DNA of 64,000 bases. Source: Poseidonia sp. Lineage in GTDB: Archaea > Thermoplasmatota > Poseidoniia > Poseidoniales > Poseidoniaceae. Location of the stretch: assembly GCA_016779705.1 (NCBI GenBank), contig JADHNB010000001.1, positions 1,434 to 65,433 on the forward strand, in the 5' to 3' direction. This document shows, piece by piece, positions 11,619 to 20,224 of this stretch. The position numbers and the translations under genes are program-made. A model generated the notes under the pieces. It ran no database searches, was not told where the DNA came from, and saw only the letters and a program-made list of their open reading frames with translations. How positions within the stretch are numbered: the first letter of the stretch is position 1; each line of letters opens with the position of its first letter.

Positions 11619-13019
11619 TCAATCGTTGAGTTCAATGGTGTTCATTTCATGCCGGTGAATGAGGTAACGCCACAGGTCGTCGTTGGTGCCGCTGCCTTCG
11701 ACCCGTTGAATCACGACGTTGGCGTCCTTCGCAAATCTCGTTGACAAGGCCCCTTCGATGATGCCGTCGTCCATCTGCCACATGGGCAGGGCGTCGGGGT
11801 CGTCTACCGGCGGGTGATTGAGGCCGACGACCACCTGAAATTGGGGGTCGACGTCGTATTGCAACATGCCCAGGCCAGCGTGTTCCCACCAGTCCATCAT
11901 CTCTTCAAGGAATTCAATATCGTGTTCTATAGAACGCAAGGAAAAGGCGATTTCCTGGCCAACACGATTACCGATTTGGCGCAACATTCGACCGATATCG
12001 ATGCCCAACACCTTGAGGTTGGACAACTTTCCTTCGGTCAGTCGCATTCGGGCTTCGTTCACTTCTTTGCCAGCGGCGAAGAAGGCCTCAGGGTCAAACG
12101 GCGTGTCTTCCTCGGGGAATTCTCCGTCAAAGCCGAGGGCAACGGAGACGTTCTTCAGGAACGAACCTTCGCCGATGGTCAATCGGAGCGGGTCGTTGAT
12201 TTGGTTCTCCGTAAAGCGAGCCCGAGCGGTGTCCAACGATACGGCTCCCTCCCAAATCGCATCGATGAGGTGGAGGTGAGCTTGCGAGAACGGTCCCGAC
12301 TCGATGATGAGGGCGGCGTCCTCTTTTCCACGGCCCACCGGATTGTCTTCGATGTTGAGGTATTGAATCACTTCCGACTGGTCTTGGACAAAACCCAACG
12401 AATCGAGTTCATCGGAGTGTCGCACCTCAATGCTGGAGTCGAGTTGGTCAAAGAAGCGAAGGGTACGACCGTCCAGGTGGGTGATGATCTGAACCACGAC
12501 GCCGCGCACGGCGGCGGTGTTCACCGCTTCGAGGGCTTCGGGGTTGCGGCACAGATGCAAGATGCCGAACTGGCCCAACAGGAGAATGAGCCGCTCTTCG
12601 GCTTCGTTGGCCATTTTCTGCAGACGGTTGTAGATATGAGACCGCTCCTTCAACACGGCGAAACGAGGGTCGTCGATGTCCCGTCGTTGTTTCTCGTAGG
12701 AAGCGTCGGTTTCCGTGATGCCTTTGGACAGGTCTTCGAACCCTTCAACGAGCCGGTCAAGTTGTTGCTTGCGGGATTGAATGATATGTTCCATGGCCTC
12801 GTTGATTCGAAGGCTTGAGAAGAGCATCGGTCGGTCGGCCGTGGCGGTCACAATGCCCATTTCTTGGAGGCGAGAAAGGCTGTTGTAGGCGTCGAGTCGG
12901 GTCGTGTTCAATTCCTTGGCCAATTCAGAGGCTTTCATTTTCGGGCGCGAGCCCAGAATCATGATCGAGCGAACCTCACGTTCGTTGAGGCCAGCCTCAA
13001 GGAGCAGTTCGTCCCACAT
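11619..13019 (-). CDS. TrmB-family transcriptional regulator with extra C-terminal domain
   Basis: N-terminal wHTH (GLNEREVR...ASELAKELNTTRLDAYNSLSRLQEMGIV...RP), central effector-like domain, C-terminal region resembling V4R-type folds. Confidence 0.8.
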   Translation of the reverse strand: MWDELLLEAGLNEREVRSIMILGSRPKMKASELAKELNTTRLDAYNSLSRLQEMGIVTATADRPMLFSSLRINEAMEHIIQSRKQQLDRLVEGFEDLSKGITETDASYEKQRRDIDDPRFAVLKERSHIYNRLQKMANEAEERLILLLGQFGILHLCRNPEALEAVNTAAVRGVVVQIITHLDGRTLRFFDQLDSSIEVRHSDELDSLGFVQDQSEVIQYLNIEDNPVGRGKEDAALIIESGPFSQAHLHLIDAIWEGAVSLDTARARFTENQINDPLRLTIGEGSFLKNVSVALGFDGEFPEEDTPFDPEAFFAAGKEVNEARMRLTEGKLSNLKVLGIDIGRMLRQIGNRVGQEIAFSLRSIEHDIEFLEEMMDWWEHAGLGMLQYDVDPQFQVVVGLNHPPVDDPDALPMWQMDDGIIEGALSTRFAKDANVVIQRVEGSGTNDDLWRYLIHRHEMNTIELND

Positions 13020-13486
13020 CAGGCATCCCCCGTGACGCTGGAGATGTCTGAAAGAATCCGAGCGACATGGCGCCGTGGACGGAACAGCCAGTCATAGACG
13101 TAGCGAATGGTGTTGTCTGGGCCGATGAGGAAGGAGGACTTGGCTGGGAATTGGCCGACATGCATGGGGACGTTGAATTGCTGGCCAACCACGCGTTCAG
13201 GGTCGGCGAGCAGGGGGAACGGCAGGTCGCCCAAGGTCGCCTTGAACGAGGCGAGGCCTTCAGCTGACCCGGGACCGATGCCCACGATGGAGCAACCGGC
13301 GGAAGCGAACAGGTCGTGTTGTTCTTTGAACGTCAAACACCCGCGCTTGCAGGTGGGTGAGCCGTGTCTTGAATAAAAGAAGATGATGCGCCAGGTGCCG
13401 TGCAGCGTTTTGCTGTCAAACACGGCTCCTTGGTCATCCTGGAGCATGAAATCCGGAGCTTTTTGTCCGACGAGGTTGGCTTTCAT
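13019..13486 (-). CDS. Peroxiredoxin-like protein (BCP/AhpC-TSA), atypical active site
   Basis: VGQKAPDFML, IIFFY..SPTCKRGC, LPFPLLADP; TGATG overlap with the TrmB gene. Confidence 0.8.
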   Translation of the reverse strand: MKANLVGQKAPDFMLQDDQGAVFDSKTLHGTWRIIFFYSRHGSPTCKRGCLTFKEQHDLFASAGCSIVGIGPGSAEGLASFKATLGDLPFPLLADPERVVGQQFNVPMHVGQFPAKSSFLIGPDNTIRYVYDWLFRPRRHVARILSDISSVTGDA

Positions 13487-13496
13487 GGGGGTGGCC

Positions 13497-14108
13497 TCAG
13501 ACGGGAAGGATGTGGCCCATGCGGGAGGCTTTGGTCGACATGTAGGACCGGTTGTGCGAGCATTGGCCCACGATGATGGGCACTCGGTTGGCGACCCCAA
13601 TCCCGTTGTCAATGAGTTGCTGACGCTTGTCAGGATTGTTGGTCACGAGTTCGACTTGATTGACCCCCATCGCGTACAACATCTCGGCGGCGAAGTCGTA
13701 TCGTCGGGCGTCGCCAGGTAGGCCGAGCGCGAGATTGGCGTCCAAGGTGTCCAAACCGTCGTCTTGGAGGGCGTAGGCCTGCATTTTGGCGAAGAGGCCG
13801 ATGCCACGGCCTTCTTGCCGGAGGTACACAACGGCGCCGTGTCCGGATTCCTGGATGGCCTTGAGCGAGGCGTCGAGTTGTGGCCCGCAATCACAGCGTT
13901 GAGAGCCGAAAGCGTCGCCGGTGAGGCATTCAGAGTGGAGGCGAACGAGCGGCGTGCCCTGAGAAAGATCGCCCACGTAGACGATGCAGTGTTCCTTGCC
14001 GTTGTTGGGGTCCCGGAATGCACGGATGCGGAATTCGCCGTGTTTAGTGGGCAAAACCGCATCGGCTTCTGGAGCTTGTGTGATGGTTGGTTGTGGGGCT
14101 CCTAGCAT
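13497..14108 (-). CDS. ribA: GTP cyclohydrolase II
   Basis: VRLHSECLTGDAFGSQRCDCG, YLRQEGRGIGL, TNNPDK; start moved to ATG 14108. Confidence 0.95.
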   Translation of the reverse strand: MLGAPQPTITQAPEADAVLPTKHGEFRIRAFRDPNNGKEHCIVYVGDLSQGTPLVRLHSECLTGDAFGSQRCDCGPQLDASLKAIQESGHGAVVYLRQEGRGIGLFAKMQAYALQDDGLDTLDANLALGLPGDARRYDFAAEMLYAMGVNQVELVTNNPDKRQQLIDNGIGVANRVPIIVGQCSHNRSYMSTKASRMGHILPV

Positions 14109-14204
14109 GTTAGAAAATTTGCTCAATTTGTATATAAACACTCGTCTTTTTCCTTTGCTGGGTTGAAACCGTTCTTGATATACTCATCCGTTGAAAAAAT
14201 AACG
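14109..14204. promoter_or_regulatory. AT-rich divergent promoter between ribA and NUDIX-photolyase
   Basis: TTTATATA on minus strand (14131-14138) about 23 nt before the ribA ATG; TTGATATA (14175-14182) about 23 nt before the NUDIX ATG. Confidence 0.65.
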
Positions 14205-14696
14205 ATGTCCCAACTGCTCTGCGACCTCGGCGTGGCTACCCGAGTGGTTCGGGACGGCCACATTCTCCTCGTCCAAGAAGCCAAGGGGCGCCATGCAGGC
14301 CGATGGGGCCTGCCCAAGGGCAACGTTGACGACAACGAGAGTCCCGAGAACGCCGCCCTACGAGAGCTTCGAGAAGAAACGGGCTTGGAAGGGCAACTGG
14401 TGGGATTGGCCGGCGTACGGACGGCGTTGCAAAGCAACGGCCCTGCCGTATTCCTGTGTTACGAAGCCACGGTGACCGATGACCAGCTCCAAACCGACGG
14501 CGACGAAATTGCCTCAGCCAGGTGGTTTTCGCTGGACGGGTTGAAGTCTCTTGAGTGGGTTTCTGAAACGATGCATCAACTCGCCGTTGACGGCTTTTGC
14601 CGGTCGACCGTCCTGGTCAACCAACGGGGCTTGACGCCCCGAACCAACCCGTATGCGGTGTACCGTGCCGCTGGTGCCCACGGTAGGGGGCGGTGA
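14205..14696 (+). CDS. NUDIX hydrolase
   Basis: Nudix box PKGNVDDNESPENAALRELREETGL; GTGA overlap with photolyase. Confidence 0.9.
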   Translation: MSQLLCDLGVATRVVRDGHILLVQEAKGRHAGRWGLPKGNVDDNESPENAALRELREETGLEGQLVGLAGVRTALQSNGPAVFLCYEATVTDDQLQTDGDEIASARWFSLDGLKSLEWVSETMHQLAVDGFCRSTVLVNQRGLTPRTNPYAVYRAAGAHGRGR

Positions 14697-16246
14697 GACC
14701 CATGATTCCCCCTGCCCGCCTCCAAATTCACGGCGAAACCAACCCGGAAGGCGAGGTGGTTGTGTACTGGATGACGGCCGCCCGTCGCCCGTACTGGAAC
14801 CACGCCTTGCAGCATGCCATTGACCTCGCCAAGGAACACCACCTTCCGTTGGTGGTGATCGAGTGCTTGGCCCTCCACCACCGCTGGGCCAACGACCGCA
14901 TTTCCACCTTCGTGCTTCAAGGCATGGTGGACAACCGGGAGAGTTTTGCCAATTCAGGCGTGACCTACATCCCCTACGCTGAAACCAAGCGAAAGGAGGC
15001 TTCCGGGCTGCTTCAAGGCTGGCTCAAAAACGCCCGAGCCTGTGTGATCGATGACTACCCGACCTATTACCCAAAGCACGTCCTCAACACGGCGATCACC
15101 GTCAAGCCGTGTGAAGTTCACGTGGTGGACTCCAACGGATTCATGGCCATGAGGGCCCAAGGTCGGGACTTCTCAACGGCCTACTCGCTTCGTCGGCACC
15201 TCCACAAAACCATCCGCGAACACATGCACGAATTTCCAGAAGCGAAACCGTTGGCCAACGCCGCCGGCCTGCCGTGTGTGGATGCCTCGTTGGTGCAACG
15301 GGTTTTTGACGAAACCAACACCCCCATGACCCCGTATGAGTTTATTTGGCGCGTCGCTGAAGGTGGCGACGTGGGCCTTCAAGCCCTCTCGACGCTCAGC
15401 ATTGACCACGATGTGCCGCCGGTGGTCGGCAAACGAGGAGGCCATCTCGAAGGCCGACGCCGTTGGAAGGAGTTCTTCTCGAACCGGTTGGCCTTGTATC
15501 ACGAAAAGCGTAACGAACCGCAAGAGCGTGGCGCAAGCGGGTTGTCACCGTGGCTGCATTTTGGCCATTTGAGCGTCCACAACATCCTCCACGAAATCTT
15601 TGCCCATCACGGTTGGGACGTGAGTCTGGTCAATGCCCCCAACGACGGCCGCCGACAAGGTTGGTGGGGGTTGCCTGAACCGGTCGAAGCCTTCCTCGAC
15701 CAAATCATCACGTGGCGTGATATCGGCTTTATCCACTGCGCCATGATCGAGAACCACACCGATTACGAATCCTTGCCGGCTTGGGCCATCACCACGCTGG
15801 GCGAGCACGAGAACGACGAACGGCCCTACCTCTACACCTTCGAGGAATTTGAAAACGCCCAAACTCACGACCCGTTGTGGAACGCTGCCCAACTCCAACT
15901 TCGACAAGAAGGCATTATTCACAATTACCTCCGCATGCTGTGGGGCAAGAAAATCCTCGAATGGACGCCAAATGCCGAAATCGCCATGGAATGGATGATC
16001 GCCCTCAACGACCGATGGGCATTGGACGGTCGGGACCCCAACTCCTACACCGGCATCGGTTGGGTGCTCGGCAAGTTTGACCGAGGCTGGACCGAACGGG
16101 CGGTCTACGGGAAAATCCGTTGCATGACAAGTGACTCAACGGCTCGAAAATTCAAAACCAAAGGCTACGTTGCAAAATACACCAGCGGCACATCCCAGGC
16201 CGCGTTGCTCGGCTCGGGACCCAACTTCTACTCAACCCACCAGTGA
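14693..16246 (+). CDS. phrB: Deoxyribodipyrimidine photolyase, class II CPD type
   Basis: VVYWM...NHAL, SGLSPWLHFG, THDPLWNAAQ, HNYLRMLWGKKILEW, DGRDPNSY, ERAVYGKIRCM. Confidence 0.93.
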   Translation: MRPMIPPARLQIHGETNPEGEVVVYWMTAARRPYWNHALQHAIDLAKEHHLPLVVIECLALHHRWANDRISTFVLQGMVDNRESFANSGVTYIPYAETKRKEASGLLQGWLKNARACVIDDYPTYYPKHVLNTAITVKPCEVHVVDSNGFMAMRAQGRDFSTAYSLRRHLHKTIREHMHEFPEAKPLANAAGLPCVDASLVQRVFDETNTPMTPYEFIWRVAEGGDVGLQALSTLSIDHDVPPVVGKRGGHLEGRRRWKEFFSNRLALYHEKRNEPQERGASGLSPWLHFGHLSVHNILHEIFAHHGWDVSLVNAPNDGRRQGWWGLPEPVEAFLDQIITWRDIGFIHCAMIENHTDYESLPAWAITTLGEHENDERPYLYTFEEFENAQTHDPLWNAAQLQLRQEGIIHNYLRMLWGKKILEWTPNAEIAMEWMIALNDRWALDGRDPNSYTGIGWVLGKFDRGWTERAVYGKIRCMTSDSTARKFKTKGYVAKYTSGTSQAALLGSGPNFYSTHQ

Positions 16247-16255
16247 GGAACCTCC

Positions 16256-17650
16256 ATGCCCGTCTACCAACACACCGCCCGTTTTGACGTCCCCGTTGAC
16301 CGACTTTGGTCGTGGTACGACAGTTCGGGGGCGTTTCGACGCATCATGCCGGAATGGGAAGGCATCGAGCCGGTCGAAGCCGGTAAATTGGTTGATGGCG
16401 AGCAAACGCGTTTCAAAATCCGTCTTGGCCCTCTGCGCCCCATGTGGGTGGCTCGCCATCACGGTGTTCAATCCGGCGAGGTCTTCAACGACGTCATGGA
16501 AAAAGGGCCGTTTGGGGCATGGGACCACGAACATCGGTTTGTGCCCGTTACCACCACGACGTGCGAATTGGTTGACACCGTCAATTGGCGGCTTCCTTTC
16601 CATCCGCTGACGTTTTGGACCGCACCAATCACCGTGAAAGGTCGCTTGAATCAGATGTTTGCCTATCGAACCGCACGGGTGGAAAGCGATTTGAACCGCA
16701 TCATGAAAACGGCTCACCTCCCTCGCCAGCGTATCCTCATCAGCGGTTCCACCGGGCTCATCGGTATGCAATTGTGCGCCTATCTTGCCGCCGCCGGTCA
16801 TCACATCACGCGGCTGGTACGTCCGACCACCGTGCTTCCCTCGGACGCCCAAGGGGACGATACCGTGGTTTGGAACGACCGGACGGGCGAAATCATCAGC
16901 GGGGACTTGAACGGCTTTGACACCGTCATCCATCTGGCCGGAGCCGGCATCGGGGACCGCCGTTGGAACGCCAAACGCAAAGACGAGATCGTTTCCAGTC
17001 GGACCGTTCCCACAGCAAACTTGGTTGCGAAGTTGGTGTCCCTCGACCGGCCTCCAAAGGCGTTTTTGTGCGGTTCAGCCATCGGATTTTATGGCAATCG
17101 TGGTGACGAACGGCTCGACGAGGCCTCGGCACCGGGGACCAATTTCCTCGCGGAAACCTGCGTTGCGTGGGAGGCCGCCGCTCAACCCGCCCTTGACGCA
17201 GGGATTCGGACCGTGTTTATGCGGACCGGCATCGTGACCACGCCCATGGGAGGTGCGCTTCAGAAGCTGCTGCTGCCAAGCAAGTTTGGAGCCGGTGGTC
17301 CGGCTGGAGGAGGGAAGCAATTCTATTCGTGGATTTCGTTGGCCGACCAGGTCTACGCCATCGACCACCTGATGATGACGGAAACCTGCGAGGGCGTGTA
17401 CAACCTGACGGCCCCCGAGCCCGTCACGCAAAAGGTGTACGCCAAAACCTTGGGCCGCGTGTTGCGCCGTCCAGCCTTCGCACCGGCTCCCGGCTTCGCT
17501 CTCCGTTTGTTGCTCGGAGAGATGGCCCAAGCTTTGGTGTTGGACGGCCAGCGAGTTCTCCCCCGCCGTCTCTTGGAGAGCGGATATGAATTCGAACACG
17601 CGGACTTGGAAACCTGCCTGCGCCAATGTCTAGGTCGACAACGGGTCTGA
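16256..17650 (+). CDS. SRPBCC/cyclase domain fused to TIGR01777 NAD-dependent epimerase-like domain
   Basis: N-terminal KGPFGAWDHEHRF...FAYR; ILISGSTGLIG, HLAGAGIGDRRW, SAIGFYG, C-terminal QRVLPRRLLESGYEF. Confidence 0.88.
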   Translation: MPVYQHTARFDVPVDRLWSWYDSSGAFRRIMPEWEGIEPVEAGKLVDGEQTRFKIRLGPLRPMWVARHHGVQSGEVFNDVMEKGPFGAWDHEHRFVPVTTTTCELVDTVNWRLPFHPLTFWTAPITVKGRLNQMFAYRTARVESDLNRIMKTAHLPRQRILISGSTGLIGMQLCAYLAAAGHHITRLVRPTTVLPSDAQGDDTVVWNDRTGEIISGDLNGFDTVIHLAGAGIGDRRWNAKRKDEIVSSRTVPTANLVAKLVSLDRPPKAFLCGSAIGFYGNRGDERLDEASAPGTNFLAETCVAWEAAAQPALDAGIRTVFMRTGIVTTPMGGALQKLLLPSKFGAGGPAGGGKQFYSWISLADQVYAIDHLMMTETCEGVYNLTAPEPVTQKVYAKTLGRVLRRPAFAPAPGFALRLLLGEMAQALVLDGQRVLPRRLLESGYEFEHADLETCLRQCLGRQRV

Positions 17651-17707
17651 AGGTCACGGAAGAATCTGCAGGCGTGGTTTTGATAATCCGTTTGCCCATC
17701 AGCGGCC

Positions 17708-20224
17708 ATGCGTCGCGCGGTGCTGCTGGGCCTCATCGCGTCGCTTCTCCTTATCCATCTCCCCAGTTCAGCCGCTGACAACACCCCCACCAGCGCCAAC
17801 GGTTTGACCGACGGTGTTTCTTCAAACGGCTATGTTTGCGACCCCGACGGCTGTTCGCCCAACGACAAAACGGACTATTGGAAAATTCAAGGCAAGCGAG
17901 GGGACATCGTTCGCGTTTCGTTCTCCGGCAGCATGAGCAACCCCGCCTGGTGGTGTCCTGGTGACGGTTGGATCGGGACCTTCACCATGGGCAGCGTGAC
18001 CTCCAACGTCGACGACGGTAACCCCTCCGCCCAGTTGTCAACCACGTTGGCCACGGCCGGCGAGGTTCTCATCAAGGTCGAGGCAGCGGATTCGTGGTGC
18101 AACGACGGGTTTGACTACACGCTCACGCCGGCCATTGACAAAACCAACCGTGACACCGACGAAGACGGGTTCATCGACACGGAAGATGACTGTGTTTTCT
18201 TGGTCGGGACCTCCACCAACGACCGAAACGGTTGCACCGATTCCGACGGCGATGGATGGTCGGACCCTGACAGCGGCTGGGGCGTTCAAAACGGCGCAGA
18301 TGCCTTTGCAAGTGAATCCTCACAATGGTTAGACTCCGACAACGACGGTTACGGTGACAACATCGAAGGGTTCCAAGGCGACCACTGCACGTACAGTCGT
18401 GGGTATTCCGATGCTGACCGCTTTGGATGCCTTGATACGGACGGCGACGGATACTCCGACCCCGACCCCGGTGGCTTGAACGGGTTTGTGCCGTGGTACG
18501 CTCATCCCGTGGGGGCGGCGGACGCCTTCTCCTTCGATAACTCGCAGTGGAACGACACGGACGAAGACGGCTACGGCGATAATTGGGCCGACCCCTCCAT
18601 CAATCAAACCCGATGGTTGTGGGGCATCGGCCAATTTGTGGACAACGCCACCAAACCCGACGCTTGCCCCTTTGTGCGTGGCGGTTCCTCTGCTGACCGC
18701 TTTGGGTGTGTGGACACGGACGGCGATTCGTATTCGGACGGTGACGAAAACTGGACGGTGAACAACGGCTCGGATGCGTTTCCCGTCGAGCCGACCCAAT
18801 GGCTTGATTCTGACCGTGACGGGTGGGGCGATAACCAAAGCGTTGGGGCGCAACTGATTGACGATTTCCCGTACAACCCCACCCAATGGCGGGACACCGA
18901 TGGAGACGGCTGGGGCGATAACCAAACCTACGGTGCCACCCAGATCGATGATTTCCCGTTCGTGCCTTCCCAATATCGGGACACCGATGGTGATGGGTAT
19001 GGCGATAATTTGACGGGGTTCGAGGGCGATGTTTGCCCTCAATCCACGCCTGAAGAGGTGGACTCCGGTTGGATCAGCCGTTACGATCGGTTGGGATGCC
19101 GTGACGTGGACAGCGACGGGTATTCCGACCCCACCGAGTTTTGGAACGCTCATCCTGACGGCTTTGCCGATGCCTTCCCGAACGACCCGTCCCAATGGCA
19201 CGACACCGACGATGATGGCTACGGCGACAACGCCGAATACTTCGACGGCCAAACTTGGCGAGCCTCCTACCGACCGGACGGCTGCCGCACCACGCCTGGC
19301 AATTCCACCTTTGACCGATGGGGCTGTCCCGACGGTGACGGCGACGGTTGGTCCGACCCCACGGCCTCGTGGTTGGCCAGTCCTGGTGGTAGCGGTGATG
19401 CGTGGCCTGAGGACCCAACGCAGTGGCACGACAGCGACGGGGACGGCCGAGGCGACAATCCACGCGGCACCACGGCGGACGTCTGTCCCGAGGTGGCCGG
19501 GACCTCCGTTGGACCTTCCTCGGGCGGGGACCGGTGGGGCTGCAAAGACACCGATGGGGACGGCTGGTCCGACCTTGGCGATGCGTTCATCCACGAACCG
19601 ACTCAATGGCGGGACTCCGACGGTGACGGCTACGGCGACCGCATGGAAGGTCACCAAGGCGATGCCTGTCCAGAGACTCGTGGCACCTCGTTGCTGGACC
19701 GACTCGGTTGTCGAGACACGGACGGCGACGGTTGGTCCGACCCAACGCCTGCTTGGCCCGCTCATCCGTTCGGGGCGGCCGATGCGTTCCCCACCGAAGC
19801 CTTGCAGTGGATGGACAGCGACCAAGACGGCTTCGGTGACCTTCCCCTTGGGGCGTTGCGAGACGACTGTCCCGAGGTTGCGGGGACGTCGACCCGAGAT
19901 GTTCAGGGCTGTCCCGATGGCAATCAAGACGGTTGGTCCGATGCGTACGGCGAATTGGCGGCGGCCATCGCCATCATGGGCGAAGACCCCGCCGCCTCAT
20001 GGCTCACCTACGCCGTCATCGGCGGCGGCTTCCTGTTGGGAGCCCTTGCCGCCTTGGTCGTGCGTGCATCACGACAACGGTCGCAGTTGATGGAACAACT
20101 CGTCGCCGACAAGGACCTGGAACTGATGATGGGGAACAACGAGCCTTCGGCGACCCCCCGATTGATTCCGTTGGACGAACTTCCGCCGTTGCCAGGCATG
20201 CCAGGGGGTGAAGAAGGTGCGTGA
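17708..20224 (+). CDS. Membrane-anchored surface protein with thrombospondin type-3-like Ca-binding repeats
   Basis: Signal peptide; more than 20 DxDGDGxxD / DAFPxDPTQW / GCxDxDGDG units; C-terminal TM (YAVIGGGFLLGALAALVV). Confidence 0.85.
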   Translation: MRRAVLLGLIASLLLIHLPSSAADNTPTSANGLTDGVSSNGYVCDPDGCSPNDKTDYWKIQGKRGDIVRVSFSGSMSNPAWWCPGDGWIGTFTMGSVTSNVDDGNPSAQLSTTLATAGEVLIKVEAADSWCNDGFDYTLTPAIDKTNRDTDEDGFIDTEDDCVFLVGTSTNDRNGCTDSDGDGWSDPDSGWGVQNGADAFASESSQWLDSDNDGYGDNIEGFQGDHCTYSRGYSDADRFGCLDTDGDGYSDPDPGGLNGFVPWYAHPVGAADAFSFDNSQWNDTDEDGYGDNWADPSINQTRWLWGIGQFVDNATKPDACPFVRGGSSADRFGCVDTDGDSYSDGDENWTVNNGSDAFPVEPTQWLDSDRDGWGDNQSVGAQLIDDFPYNPTQWRDTDGDGWGDNQTYGATQIDDFPFVPSQYRDTDGDGYGDNLTGFEGDVCPQSTPEEVDSGWISRYDRLGCRDVDSDGYSDPTEFWNAHPDGFADAFPNDPSQWHDTDDDGYGDNAEYFDGQTWRASYRPDGCRTTPGNSTFDRWGCPDGDGDGWSDPTASWLASPGGSGDAWPEDPTQWHDSDGDGRGDNPRGTTADVCPEVAGTSVGPSSGGDRWGCKDTDGDGWSDLGDAFIHEPTQWRDSDGDGYGDRMEGHQGDACPETRGTSLLDRLGCRDTDGDGWSDPTPAWPAHPFGAADAFPTEALQWMDSDQDGFGDLPLGALRDDCPEVAGTSTRDVQGCPDGNQDGWSDAYGELAAAIAIMGEDPAASWLTYAVIGGGFLLGALAALVVRASRQRSQLMEQLVADKDLELMMGNNEPSATPRLIPLDELPPLPGMPGGEEGA

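Noticed and set aside
7623-12818. Long antisense ORFs (7623-8612, 10391-11629, 11814-12818; also 18329-19927 and 55721-56653)
   Set aside because: Shadows of well-supported genes on the opposite strand, expected at high GC, with no motifs
14109-14142. CarH-type 11-bp direct-repeat operator
   Set aside because: AATTTG and TnnACA-like elements are present but irregularly spaced, and no B12-binding MerR regulator is in the window
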